IMG/VR virus record: IMGVR_UViG_2974632988_000001
Span: 1 to 59,922 of that record
Source: a virus
Lineage: Duplodnaviria; Heunggongvirae; Uroviricota; Caudoviricetes; Herelleviridae
DNA length: 59,922 bases
Direction: 5' to 3' (one strand)
A model generated the notes under the pieces. The model had not been told where the DNA came from. It saw only the letters and a program-made list of their open reading frames with translations, and made no database searches. A program made the translations under genes and the position numbers. Positions 1-9,842 of this stretch are shown here, in pieces (the stretch's first letter is position 1; each line of letters opens with the position of its first letter).

Positions 1-297
1 GTGAAAGTAGAAAAAAGTTTAATCACTAAAGTCTTACTAGTTGTTTTAGTACAAATGGTAGGGTTTGGTATCGCATCACTTTTAAGTCTGGGAGGTATCC
101 AAGTAGAGCGTACAACACTGTCATACTTTATTACAGGGTCTATCCTTGCATTTGTCGCGTTAGGAATCTATGAACATATTCAATCACGACAGACTGCGAA
201 AGTGCAACGAGAGTTACGATGCACATTAAATCATGCAATGCGAAGATATGATACGATTTTAACTAATACACATACGGAGAAGAAAGGCGGTAAATAG
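1..297 (+). CDS. Membrane protein of unknown function (start may lie at or before the window edge)
   Basis: Two hydrophobic segments (LLVVLVQMVGFGIASLLSLGG; YFITGSILAFVALGIY). First gene of the run leading to terL. Confidence 0.6.
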   Translation: MKVEKSLITKVLLVVLVQMVGFGIASLLSLGGIQVERTTLSYFITGSILAFVALGIYEHIQSRQTAKVQRELRCTLNHAMRRYDTILTNTHTEKKGGK

Positions 298-299
298 CT

Positions 300-827
300 A
301 TGTTTGAAATGACGGAAAGAGAGATGGAGAATTTTTTAGGCTCTGCACAGGAATACGCTAGAACGACAGTCATGCTCATTTTTGAAAAAGAAGCTCAGAT
401 TGTAGCACCAGCATACAGAACAGAAACAGGAGTTAAAGTAGACCCTACATTCCTATCTAGTATTTTACAAGATGTGGAAACTGTAGTGACATTAACTCTA
501 ACACATATGGCTTACGAATATGCTGATTTCCAAAAGGACTACAGAGACACAGTTGGAGATACTGAACATGAGATTGTAGATAAATTAAGAGAGAAATATG
601 AAGGTCACCTTATGCACCAATTCATAAGCTATGGAATTGTATTTTCATCTGATGTTATCGATGTTGTTTTGGACGAGCTAATCCTAGAACTCCCTTTCCT
701 TTATTCTGCTGCTGTTTACGAAGATATTGACGATTCCGATGTATTTTTAGATGACAGGCTGTACGCTTACGAAGACTTGCTGGAGAAAGTAGACCAGCGC
801 TTCGATGAGGAGCTAGACGATGAATGA
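300..827 (+). CDS. Acidic hypothetical protein
   Basis: 175 aa ORF, AAAGGCGG RBS-like sequence upstream, D/E-rich, stop overlaps next start. Confidence 0.7.
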   Translation: MFEMTEREMENFLGSAQEYARTTVMLIFEKEAQIVAPAYRTETGVKVDPTFLSSILQDVETVVTLTLTHMAYEYADFQKDYRDTVGDTEHEIVDKLREKYEGHLMHQFISYGIVFSSDVIDVVLDELILELPFLYSAAVYEDIDDSDVFLDDRLYAYEDLLEKVDQRFDEELDDE

Positions 828-1144
828 TAACGAAACGGGAGGTAGTCGAAAAGCGACGTAAATTATTTCAAAATTCAGAAAAGTACAGGGAATTTAAGAA
901 AGGGGATAGACGGGTCTTCACACCAAGATTATGTTCCATATGCGGAAGACCCCTATCGGCTCTTTCAAGGCAAACGCAAAAGTACATAACAACACAAAAC
1001 CAGATACGATTCGAGTTAAGTGATATCGTGCATATCCACATCTGCAAGGATGTTAACTCTTGTTATCGTGTACTAAAACAGAAAGGGGAACTGCAAGATG
1101 TCAATGGCAGACAATATAAAGAAGGGCATCCAGAAAAAGAATAG
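824..1144 (+). CDS. Small basic Zn-finger-like protein
   Basis: CSICG plus HICKDVNSC ligand sets; GAGGAG RBS; ATGA overlap with the previous gene. Confidence 0.65.
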   Translation: MITKREVVEKRRKLFQNSEKYREFKKGDRRVFTPRLCSICGRPLSALSRQTQKYITTQNQIRFELSDIVHIHICKDVNSCYRVLKQKGELQDVNGRQYKEGHPEKE

Positions 1145-1517
1145 CGTTTTCGATGCTCAAGAAGAATTACGTAATAAGTTAGGTGAGGGTTTTTCCGCAG
1201 CGATGTCTCAGTTTATTACTAAGTTGCAAATGGGTGAGATTCCTATTGACAATATCGCGGATGCAATTCGTGTATTCGGGGCTTATAAAGAACTGTACGG
1301 TATCGATGAAATGATGAATGGTCAGCAAGGTTCTGGAATGTTACCAGAAATCAACATGCGTCAAGAGAAAGTTGTTGACGATATGGTTCGTGAAGGGAAA
1401 ATGACCTCTGATGAAGAAGGTAAAATCGATGTATCTTCAATGGATATGAACGATGTAGCAGACCTAATCAGAAATATGGACATAGCTCAGAACGCAGAAA
1501 ACGAGGGAACATTCTAA
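1098..1517 (+). CDS. Conserved protein immediately upstream of terL, possible terminase small subunit
   Basis: 139 aa, AAAGGGG RBS, TAATG coupling to terL. The function call is positional only. Confidence 0.45.
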   Translation: MSMADNIKKGIQKKNSVFDAQEELRNKLGEGFSAAMSQFITKLQMGEIPIDNIADAIRVFGAYKELYGIDEMMNGQQGSGMLPEINMRQEKVVDDMVREGKMTSDEEGKIDVSSMDMNDVADLIRNMDIAQNAENEGTF

Positions 1518-3313
1518 TGAATAATCTAACAGGAGAAATGATACAGAACATAGCTAAACAAACGTTCGGTAGGACGGAGTTAACAAAAGACGAACTAGCC
1601 TATGTACTGACGATGTTAAACTGTTCGTCCTACTTATTAAAGAATCATACGGTAAAGGGGCATCCGATTACCTTCCACGTTAGCGGTAAAGACTCATTAC
1701 GAGCGCAAGCGCACAGACCGTGGCAAACAGAAATCATCAATGATACGCATCCTAACAAGGCGGTTATTAAATCACGTCAGTTAGGGCTTTCAGAGGTCGG
1801 TGTAGGCGAGATGTTGTGGTTTGCAGACCTACACTCCTACTCAGGAGTGAAATGCCTCTACACGTTCCCTACGAACCGACAAATGAAGGACTTCGTATCA
1901 ACTCGTATTAACCCACTACTTGAGAAAGGGTATTACTCTACTATCTCTGACCCTAAGATTGACTCGTTGGAGAAGAAAAAGATTAGAAATAGTTTCATGC
2001 TGTTCCGTTCTTCTAGTAAGGGAGCTGCGGTAGAGGGTGTCGATATCGACTATTTATCTCTGGATGAGTATGACCGTGTAAATGCTAGTGCGGAAATCTC
2101 TGCGATGGAGTCTATGTCTTCATCTAAATATGGTATTTTACGTCGTTGGTCAACACCTACTGTACCTAACTTCGGTATTCACGATTTGTATGACCGCTCT
2201 GATAAACGAGTGTACATGCATAAATGTGAACATTGTGGAATGAGACAGCAGCTAGATTACGAGAAAAATATTGAATGTATTGACGAGAGTGGAGTAGACG
2301 TTCTTGCACAAACAGTACGAGATGGTACATACCGATTCATTTGTCAGAAATGTGGTAAGACATTAGATAGATGGTACAACGGTGAGTGGGTAGCAGAGTT
2401 CCCAGACCGCACTTTGAATAATCAAGGTACTCGCGGATACTTAATCACACAGTTAAATGCAGTATGGTTTAGCGCAGATGCATTAAAACGTAAGGAACTG
2501 GAAGCGAAATCTAAACAGCATTTCTACAACTACGTTTTAGGATACCCATATCAAGACGTTGCGTTAGCTGTACAGGATAGAGATATTACAAATAACATGC
2601 GTGAATATTTATCAGCTCCGCTTATGGACAGAGGCGACTATCGTTTCATTTCTGTAGGGATTGACTGGGGTAATCGTCACTGGGTTACAATTCGTGGATT
2701 TAAAGATGATGGACGTATCGATTTAATCCGTATGTTCTCGGTTGAACGAGCTAGAGGTGTAGCGAACATCGAGGCGGACTTAGAACAAATAATCTTAGAA
2801 TTAATCCCGTATCAACCAGACATTATCTGTGCCGATATCGGTGACTCTGGTAACTACGTGGACAAGTTAATCCAACATTTCGGTGCTGGTGTAGCTTACG
2901 GTGTTAAAGTTAACCCGAACCCTCGCTCTACTGGTCAGATTGTTCCGATTTGGTCAGAGCAACGAAGCATGGTTACTGTCGATAAGTTAACACAAAATAA
3001 AAAGCATATCTCTGACATGAAGATGGGTAGATTAGGATTCTACAACACAATGGATAGAGAATTAGCTTTATACCTTGAACATTGGAAAAACGTGGTAATT
3101 CGAGATGAGGAAGATGAAAAAACAAAAGCAATCTATCAGATTATTATGGACAAAGGTGACGACCACTTTGCTCAGTCTTCTGTATACTCTATGGTTGGTA
3201 TGGAACACGTATTGGAACCGTACATAACGAAAGAGCAAGAAAATGCTTTTGCTTACACAACTGTAGACATTATGCGTCCGCAACACACAGATATATTTGC
3301 TAAAGGGTACTAA
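1517..3313 (+). CDS. terL: Terminase large subunit (uninterrupted)
   Basis: KSRQLGLSE Walker A-type motif, LSLDEYD Walker B, STPT coupling motif, two CxxC pairs, C-terminal nuclease with GIDWG and DDHFAQS acidic motifs. Confidence 0.95.
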   Translation: MNNLTGEMIQNIAKQTFGRTELTKDELAYVLTMLNCSSYLLKNHTVKGHPITFHVSGKDSLRAQAHRPWQTEIINDTHPNKAVIKSRQLGLSEVGVGEMLWFADLHSYSGVKCLYTFPTNRQMKDFVSTRINPLLEKGYYSTISDPKIDSLEKKKIRNSFMLFRSSSKGAAVEGVDIDYLSLDEYDRVNASAEISAMESMSSSKYGILRRWSTPTVPNFGIHDLYDRSDKRVYMHKCEHCGMRQQLDYEKNIECIDESGVDVLAQTVRDGTYRFICQKCGKTLDRWYNGEWVAEFPDRTLNNQGTRGYLITQLNAVWFSADALKRKELEAKSKQHFYNYVLGYPYQDVALAVQDRDITNNMREYLSAPLMDRGDYRFISVGIDWGNRHWVTIRGFKDDGRIDLIRMFSVERARGVANIEADLEQIILELIPYQPDIICADIGDSGNYVDKLIQHFGAGVAYGVKVNPNPRSTGQIVPIWSEQRSMVTVDKLTQNKKHISDMKMGRLGFYNTMDRELALYLEHWKNVVIRDEEDEKTKAIYQIIMDKGDDHFAQSSVYSMVGMEHVLEPYITKEQENAFAYTTVDIMRPQHTDIFAKGY

Positions 3314-3368
3314 TCCTTTAGCTTTTATTATATTAGTACTAGTTGAATAGAAAGGAAGGGATTAAAGA

Positions 3369-3854
3369 ATGCTTAGAGATTCTATGTATGATGGAACTCC
3401 GGAGAAGATAATCCGGGAAATGGCAAGTGATTTAGAAAAGACAGTCAAGACAGTCAATGGACAGGCTCCAGACGAGAATGGTAACGTTCAAGTGGATGGC
3501 GCACCTACAGGAGATTTCGCAACGAAAGACGATATCAAAGGTATGGTGAAAAGCGTTAACGGTACCAAACCGGGTACAGATGGTAACGTAGCGCTAACTG
3601 GACTTGTGAAAACGGTCAACGGAAAGACTCCAGATGCAAATGGCGCTGTAACTGGTTTTGTACAATCAGTAAATGGTTCTAACCCGGATGCTACTGGAAA
3701 AGTTACGGTTCAGTTAATTACAGCAGGAGCTACAAGACCAACAACAGGAACCTATGTAGGACAACCATTCTTCGATACTACGTTGAATAAACCTATCTGG
3801 CGTAATAAAGATAACAACGGATGGGTGGACGCGACGGGAGCTGCGGTAGTCTAA
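3369..3854 (+). CDS. Repeat-containing fibre/decoration-like protein
   Basis: Four V-K/Q-x-VNG-x-x-P-x-x-x-G-x-V repeats and a C-terminal RP..GQPFFDTTLNKPIW..WVDATG module typical of phage fibre C-termini. Confidence 0.6.
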   Translation: MLRDSMYDGTPEKIIREMASDLEKTVKTVNGQAPDENGNVQVDGAPTGDFATKDDIKGMVKSVNGTKPGTDGNVALTGLVKTVNGKTPDANGAVTGFVQSVNGSNPDATGKVTVQLITAGATRPTTGTYVGQPFFDTTLNKPIWRNKDNNGWVDATGAAVV

Positions 3855-3938
3855 GTATGGTATAATAGAGATAGGGAGTAATTAGCCCTCTCTCTTATAT
3901 TAGTAGAGTAATAGAAAAAATGAAGGAGTGGAAGTAGA

Positions 3939-4727
3939 ATGGCAATGGCATTACAAACTTTAATCGACAAGGCGAACCGTAAATTGAACGTTTCTGGTAT
4001 GCGTAAGGACGTAGCAGACCGTACCCGCGCTGTCATTACACAAATGCATGCACAAGGTATTTATATCTGTGTAGCACAAGGTTTCCGTTCGTTTGCTGAA
4101 CAGAACGCTTTATACGCGCAAGGTCGTACTAAACCGGGTAGCATCGTAACAAATGCACGAGGCGGACAATCGAACCACAACTACGGAGTAGCGGTAGACT
4201 TATGCTTGTACACACAAGACGGTTCTGACGTTATCTGGACAGTTGAAGGTAATTTCCGTAAGGTTATCGCAGCAATGAAAGCACAAGGCTTCAAATGGGG
4301 CGGAGATTGGGTTTCATTTAAAGATTACCCTCACTTTGAATTGTACGATGTAGTAGGCGGACAAAAACCACCTGCGGATAATGGCGGTGCAGTAGATAAC
4401 GGTGGAGGCTCTGGTAGCACAGGCGGTTCTGGCGGAGGAAGTACAGGAGGTGGCTCTACAGGTGGAGGTTACGATTCTAGCTGGTTTACAAAAGAGACTG
4501 GTACTTTCGTAACAAATACTTCAATCAAATTACGTACAGCACCATTCACAAGTGCAGACGTAATCGCTACACTTCCGGCTGGTTCTCCAGTTAACTACAA
4601 TGGCTTCGGTATCGAATATGATGGTTACGTTTGGATTCGTCAACCACGTAGCAATGGTTACGGCTATCTTGCTACAGGTGAATCTAAAGGCGGAAAACGT
4701 CAGAACTACTGGGGTACGTTCAAATAA
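3939..4727 (+). CDS. lysB4: Endolysin, L-alanyl-D-glutamate peptidase (M15/VanY-like) with Gly/Ser linker and SH3_5 cell-wall-binding domain
   Basis: SNHNYGVAVD and WGGDW..FKDYPHFE zinc-peptidase motifs; GGSGSTGG linker; C-terminal SH3b. 262 aa and N-terminus match phage B4 LysB4 as I recall it. Confidence 0.92.
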   Translation: MAMALQTLIDKANRKLNVSGMRKDVADRTRAVITQMHAQGIYICVAQGFRSFAEQNALYAQGRTKPGSIVTNARGGQSNHNYGVAVDLCLYTQDGSDVIWTVEGNFRKVIAAMKAQGFKWGGDWVSFKDYPHFELYDVVGGQKPPADNGGAVDNGGGSGSTGGSGGGSTGGGSTGGGYDSSWFTKETGTFVTNTSIKLRTAPFTSADVIATLPAGSPVNYNGFGIEYDGYVWIRQPRSNGYGYLATGESKGGKRQNYWGTFK

Positions 4728-4737
4728 TACATAATTA

Positions 4738-4764
4738 GGAAGTCCTTCGGGGCTTCTTTTTTTA
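4738..4764 (+). terminator. Rho-independent terminator after the endolysin
   Basis: GGAAGTCC-TTCG-GGGCTTCT stem with UUCG loop followed by a T run. Confidence 0.85.
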
Positions 4765-4777
4765 TGTAAAAAACTTG

Positions 4778-4807
4778 TTGACTTTTAGGAAACTATGATG
4801 ATAAGAT
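4778..4807 (+). promoter_or_regulatory. sigmaA-type early promoter. Same class on + at 6546, 9789, 12597, 13172, 15274, 18527, 25395
   Basis: TTGACT or TTTACT, 17-18 bp spacer, -10 of TAAGAT/TACTAT/TATAAT/TAATAT/TAGAAT type, AT-rich UP element, usually just after a terminator. Confidence 0.85.
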
Positions 4808-4830
4808 AGATTCATAAGGAGGAGATAACA

Positions 4831-5112
4831 ATGTTATTTCAATTTGATGTAAAAACAGAGAATGGTAAAGTGCATTTATTTACAAATGCTGATAAGGATG
4901 TAAAGGAGGCGATGAATAAGATTCCGGTAGAAATGGACAAGCGCGGTATTTTCCAAGACTATGAAATTATCGCAACACGTACATACCAAGTTGGCGGGAA
5001 ATGGATTAACGCTGATGGCACTTTACATGAAGAACCTGTGAAGGAGGAGATTGTAGAAGAGGAGCCAATTACATTAGAAGAAGATGAAGGTCAACTATCT
5101 CTAGCTCTATAA
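4831..5112 (+). CDS. Hypothetical protein with acidic tail
   Basis: AAGGAGGAG RBS directly behind the promoter at 4778. Confidence 0.8.
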   Translation: MLFQFDVKTENGKVHLFTNADKDVKEAMNKIPVEMDKRGIFQDYEIIATRTYQVGGKWINADGTLHEEPVKEEIVEEEPITLEEDEGQLSLAL

Positions 5113-5184
5113 TATGTTATAATAAAAGTAAGGGTGGTTAAATATGACAAGTGAAAATAATGAAGAATACATAGAGGTGAGTAA

Positions 5185-5397
5185 ATGTTCGTACTTGACC
5201 TAGCAGTTTTATTTCTCTACCAAGTGTTAACATGGATGGTAGAGATTATATTTACAACGTTATGCATGATACTAGCAATCACGATTACTTTATTCGTAAT
5301 AGGTATCACCGTAGTATTATTGGTAGTTTTCATTCCGATTGGTGTTGCTATGTTGATTTACGATAAAATTTCGAGTCCGTTCAAAGGGACAAGTTGA
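5185..5397 (+). CDS. Small very hydrophobic membrane protein
   Basis: Nearly continuous hydrophobic sequence; GAGGTG RBS. Confidence 0.6.
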   Translation: MFVLDLAVLFLYQVLTWMVEIIFTTLCMILAITITLFVIGITVVLLVVFIPIGVAMLIYDKISSPFKGTS

Positions 5398-5398
5398 G

Positions 5399-6145
5399 TT
5401 GTATCCGCCCGTTGAATACAACATACTACTCGTGAAAGCTATTATAGTAGCATTGTTCATCTATACTCTGGTTGTCGTGTTTGGGTTTAAAAAGTCGATA
5501 AGAGAACATAGAGAAGATAATAATTACACCGCATCCATCAAAGGTGCGATAAATGTTTTAAGTGACATAAAAGATAATTTAAGGAGAGATAATAAAATGA
5601 CAGAAGTAAAAACATCAACAAATAAATTAAGTTTAACAGATTTAGTAACAAGAGAGGCATCTATTACAGATTACGCGGAAATCATTTCGTTACTTACGCA
5701 ACTAGCTAAGAACCGATTTGATAATTACCAGTTTACATATTTCCCGGCACAAGATGAAACAAGAGAAGCACACTTTATGCAAATTGTAAGTAACTGGCAT
5801 GATGACCCAGAATTACATAAAGAAGTATTCCGTAAAGGTATTGATTATGGAGCTAATATGAAAGTGTTACGCAATCTATTTGCAGAACATGTACGAGCAG
5901 GTCATGTAGTTGACTTAGGAGCAGAAGTAATGGTTATCACAGACGACGGTACAGGTAACCCGCCTACAGGTGTATCATCCATCAACACGGGATTAGAAGG
6001 TTCAGAGATTGCTTTCATTATCGCGTTTGTTAAGAAAGAGAAGTACACAGAATGGTGCAAAAACAACTTCCCAGATGACCAAGAGGAAAAGAAACAAGGT
6101 AAAACAGAAGATGCAAAATTCCAATTAGTTGTTAACAACGCGTAG
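5399..6145 (+). CDS. Hypothetical protein; strongest start probably ATG 5597
   Basis: AAGGAGAG RBS at 5581 precedes ATG 5597 (MTEVKTS); the upstream in-frame extension carries a TM segment. Confidence 0.65.
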   Translation: MYPPVEYNILLVKAIIVALFIYTLVVVFGFKKSIREHREDNNYTASIKGAINVLSDIKDNLRRDNKMTEVKTSTNKLSLTDLVTREASITDYAEIISLLTQLAKNRFDNYQFTYFPAQDETREAHFMQIVSNWHDDPELHKEVFRKGIDYGANMKVLRNLFAEHVRAGHVVDLGAEVMVITDDGTGNPPTGVSSINTGLEGSEIAFIIAFVKKEKYTEWCKNNFPDDQEEKKQGKTEDAKFQLVVNNA

Positions 6146-6154
6146 GAGGTAAAC

Positions 6155-6520
6155 ATGGAACCGAAAGAGATTATTTTATCAGACGATATTAAAAAGAACG
6201 AAAAACCTCGTAACTTACTTGAATACTTACGAGATGCAGTTGTTGGGTATAGTAAACGAGAAACATTAGGAGCGGTGAAAGCAGAGCATAGTGTTTTCAT
6301 CCCTTCTGCTTCGCTAAATGAGGCTTTTGTAGAAACAACGGACTTCATTTTATTGGCTCGTGCGATTCGAAAAAATAAAGAGTATGGTTGTCCGGTTACG
6401 GTGGAAGAAATGAATGCGGGCGGTCATGGCGGATTAGAATTTGTATTCGGGTTCAGTCAATTCACTGATTTCGAAGGTATTCTATCATTAATAGATGCAA
6501 AACTAGAAACTACTAATTAA
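6155..6520 (+). CDS. Hypothetical protein
   Basis: AGGAGGT RBS; followed by an AAACTACTAA/TTAGTAGTTT terminator. Confidence 0.75.
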   Translation: MEPKEIILSDDIKKNEKPRNLLEYLRDAVVGYSKRETLGAVKAEHSVFIPSASLNEAFVETTDFILLARAIRKNKEYGCPVTVEEMNAGGHGGLEFVFGFSQFTDFEGILSLIDAKLETTN

Positions 6521-6656
6521 TTTAGTAGTTTTTTTATTTTACTTGTTGACTTTACGTAATTACTAGTGTACTATAAGTGTATGAGAGAGAGGAGGAACCG
6601 CTACGAACGGGAATATGATATAATAAAAGTAAGGAGTTCAATAAATCTAAAGGAGA

Positions 6657-7373
6657 ATGTTTATGGCGAAGCAAGAACGACTTACGTTGAGTAAACTAAG
6701 CGAAAAGGATTTCCCATACATAAAGAAATTAGATAGAGAGCAAGAAGATATGGTTGAGAAGTTGTACAAGTATAATCGTATTGTTGTAAATGCGAATGCT
6801 GGTACAGGTAAAACAACTGTACTAACACAGGCTATGAACGCTTTAAAAAAGAAAGAGTACATAAATAAAATTTATTACGTTGTATTCCCGGTACAAGAAC
6901 GTTCGGTAGGATACTTACCGGGTGGAATCGCTGATAAAATTGGTGAATATGCTGTTCCGTTCTGTCAAGCACTTACGGAAGCGGGAGTCAATCCCCAATA
7001 CTTGAATATGGAATTGATGACAAGTTCATTTAATGATTTCGAGTTCAAAGTGGTACCTCATACGTTTTTGAGAGGTAGAAACTTAGAAAATGTCGGAGTT
7101 ATTGTGGATGAGATACAAAACGGTACTATAAATGAAATCAAGAAAACATTAACAAGATGCTGGGATAACTGCTATGTGGCTATGGTAGGGCATACAGGTC
7201 AGATTGATATTAAACCACAAGATTCTGGATTCTCAGCGCTTATACACCACTTTAAACAAGGTAAGTTGAGTGGGGAGTTCGAAGAAATAGAGTTCGCGGA
7301 GTTGACAAACAACTATCGTGGAAAGTTCGCTACATTTGCGGACAAGCTAGGTACATATAAAACAGAAGATTAA
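6657..7373 (+). CDS. phoH: PhoH-family ATPase
   Basis: ANAGTGKT Walker A, GYLPGG, FLRGRNL, VDEIQN, GHTGQID motifs. Confidence 0.9.
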   Translation: MFMAKQERLTLSKLSEKDFPYIKKLDREQEDMVEKLYKYNRIVVNANAGTGKTTVLTQAMNALKKKEYINKIYYVVFPVQERSVGYLPGGIADKIGEYAVPFCQALTEAGVNPQYLNMELMTSSFNDFEFKVVPHTFLRGRNLENVGVIVDEIQNGTINEIKKTLTRCWDNCYVAMVGHTGQIDIKPQDSGFSALIHHFKQGKLSGEFEEIEFAELTNNYRGKFATFADKLGTYKTED

Positions 7374-7395
7374 AATATTAGGAGGAAAATATAAT

Positions 7396-8283
7396 ATGTC
7401 TAACAAAAAAGAATTATTCTTAAATCGATTGGTGATTGCACAAAACAAAATTATGGGGTTAGTAGAAGAAGTAGCTAACGGATTAGATGTTGAAACAGAA
7501 GCGGGTAAACTACGAGTTCGTGACCGATTCAGTACTATCGCATTTAACTTAAATGAAGCTTTTGATACAGCTATTCCAAAGAGTGAGCAAGTAGAAGTAG
7601 TAGAAGAGGAACGAAAACAGACATTTGATGAGTTCATTGATGAAGTTATGGAGTACTTCGACTACAAAGGTGATTTGTTAAACGTATACCGTCCAATGTT
7701 AGTTGAATCAATCGAAACACTTAAAGCTAAAGGTGGCGGCTACACATTAGCTGGCGGACTTAAGAATGGAGCTATCGCTAAGTTCAAGTTAACAGTTAAA
7801 AACGGTACGATTACTATCGATATCGAAGGAGACGAAAATGTATTCTACTTCACAGAAGAGGAAAAACACCAAGATTACTCAGGTTCAGAGTACGAAGAGC
7901 AAGATGACGACTACGAAGATTATGAAGCAGAGTACGAGGAAGAAGAAAGTTACCAGTACGAAGAAGAAGAGGAAGAAGAGGGTTGTAATTGTCTAGCTTG
8001 CCAATATGAAAATATGGAAGAAGAAGACGTTTACGACGCTGTAGATTCTATTCTATCTTATATTGAAAGTGATGTTGACGAGTTAGAACGCGTTATCTCA
8101 GAATACTTCGGTAACGAAAAGCTTGGAGCATCCGTAAAAGAGTTATCAGAAGATGACTTTGCGTTAATTCGAGCTTACCTAATCCACGTTAAAGAAGCGG
8201 ATAAGAACGAAGTACTAGAGTTGACAGACCGTGGCTTAATGGCGGCTTGGAACTACCATTTATATATTAAAAATAATCAGTAA
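7396..8283 (+). CDS. Highly acidic protein of unknown function
   Basis: AGGAGG RBS; long E/D/Y tract with an embedded CNCLAC motif. Confidence 0.75.
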   Translation: MSNKKELFLNRLVIAQNKIMGLVEEVANGLDVETEAGKLRVRDRFSTIAFNLNEAFDTAIPKSEQVEVVEEERKQTFDEFIDEVMEYFDYKGDLLNVYRPMLVESIETLKAKGGGYTLAGGLKNGAIAKFKLTVKNGTITIDIEGDENVFYFTEEEKHQDYSGSEYEEQDDDYEDYEAEYEEEESYQYEEEEEEEGCNCLACQYENMEEEDVYDAVDSILSYIESDVDELERVISEYFGNEKLGASVKELSEDDFALIRAYLIHVKEADKNEVLELTDRGLMAAWNYHLYIKNNQ

Positions 8284-8373
8284 TTTTTTAGGAGAGTCTA
8301 TTGACTCTCTTTTTTTATTGTGATATGATAGATTTGTAGTTAACAGTTAGTAAATAACAAGAGGAGGAATAGA

Positions 8374-9792
8374 GTGAGTAAAGAGACAAACGAAGTGCTA
8401 GACAAGATTAAAAATGGGGAATTGGAACTAACACAAACTATCGGTCATGTAGCCTATTATATGATTGAGAAGACAGGATATTCCTTTCATTTTTACGCAA
8501 CGTACCAAAATGACAATGGGAATCTAGTTTTAACGGAGATGTTGTACGATTTACGAAACAAGAAATATTACATAAAAAGAAATGGTAGAGAAGTAAAGTT
8601 TAATATACATAACGTAGATTTAGTGGTACCAAGACGAAAAGATGGTTGGTACAAAGATAGTTTCTATAACAGCGACAACGTATCTATTTTCTTCGATATG
8701 GTATCTGTGGAAGAGAATAAAGGGATGTACGCTAAGATGGTTACTGTAATTGGTTCTCTAGGAGAAGAGATAATTAATATGTCATCCCGGGCGCTCATTC
8801 GACTCATGACCAGCTATAATAAACTTGAGTTAATTTACAAGTCCGGAATCGATGTAAAGGCTATGTCTAACTCTTCTTTTAGAAATAAAGTCTACAACGC
8901 TAGTATGGAAGAAGGTAAGACGAAGTTACATCAGATATTCGGGATAACGAAAGCTCAATTGAAGTTCATCAGCGAGTATACAACAGATACAGATGATTTT
9001 ATGCATGCAGTAAACAACATAGCGCATGCAACACAAAGGGATTTAGATACATATAGAGGTGTTATCGCTTACATAAAAGAACTGGAGGTTGAATACAACC
9101 TAGAGAACAGATTAACACAGTTTACTCGTCATTCTGATGTTAGCGATTATTTAGAAATACTTAAGTGCAATAGAAATGACATAAGACATTACAAAGGACA
9201 TATGTTCTGGGGATTTGTATTAAGACCTAGAAACAACATCAAAAACATACATAGATTAGTAGAATACTTACTGTTCGGAGCTTTAGTCACACAAGGTATG
9301 GAGTTCCATGAAGCAGTAGGGCAATACAAAGATTATTACGAGACAAGCCTATTACTAGGTCATGAGGATTTCGATAAGTATCCTCGTTCACTCAAACTAT
9401 GTCACGACATTACCGCTAGAAATTACAAGCTGGTAGAAGATGAAATGACGAAGAAACGATTTGATGAACAGAAAGAATACTTCCAAAAATACGAAACTAA
9501 GATGAAAGGTTACAGCGTACTGGTTCCAAAAGAGATGAAAGACATTGCTACAGAAGGTAATGCTCAACATCATTGCGTGGCAAGCTATGCGCCTAAAGTG
9601 GCGAAGGGCGATACAATTATTGTATTCCTACGTGCCAACGAAGAGTTGGACAAGCCATTAGTAACCGTAGAGATTCGCGGTAATAAAATTGTACAAGCTA
9701 GAGGGTTCGCTAATAGAGCCGCTACAGTAGAGGAAAAACAGGCTCTTACTAGATTTGCTAAAAAACATGATTTAGAATATAAAAGTGCTTGA
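8374..9792 (+). CDS. PcfJ-like domain protein
   Basis: C-terminal EGNAQHHCVASY..IVFLR..PLVTVEIRGNKIVQARGFANR is the PcfJ-family signature; GAGGAGG RBS with GTG start. Confidence 0.85.
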   Translation: MSKETNEVLDKIKNGELELTQTIGHVAYYMIEKTGYSFHFYATYQNDNGNLVLTEMLYDLRNKKYYIKRNGREVKFNIHNVDLVVPRRKDGWYKDSFYNSDNVSIFFDMVSVEENKGMYAKMVTVIGSLGEEIINMSSRALIRLMTSYNKLELIYKSGIDVKAMSNSSFRNKVYNASMEEGKTKLHQIFGITKAQLKFISEYTTDTDDFMHAVNNIAHATQRDLDTYRGVIAYIKELEVEYNLENRLTQFTRHSDVSDYLEILKCNRNDIRHYKGHMFWGFVLRPRNNIKNIHRLVEYLLFGALVTQGMEFHEAVGQYKDYYETSLLLGHEDFDKYPRSLKLCHDITARNYKLVEDEMTKKRFDEQKEYFQKYETKMKGYSVLVPKEMKDIATEGNAQHHCVASYAPKVAKGDTIIVFLRANEELDKPLVTVEIRGNKIVQARGFANRAATVEEKQALTRFAKKHDLEYKSA

Positions 9793-9842
9793 CTTTAAGT
9801 AAACAACACAGTATAATAAGGTTTAAGAAGGAGGTGAAAGAT

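Noticed and set aside
1517-3313. Group I intron or intein in terL (also checked thyA)
   Set aside because: Both ORFs are continuous and of normal length with motifs in order, although some relatives have interrupted genes.
4383-4472. Nucleotide repeat in the endolysin gene as a separate element
   Set aside because: Fully explained by the Gly/Ser/Thr interdomain linker coding.
5185-5397. Holin call for the hydrophobic ORF near the endolysin
   Set aside because: Separated from the lysin by a terminator and an early promoter; nothing beyond hydrophobicity supports it.
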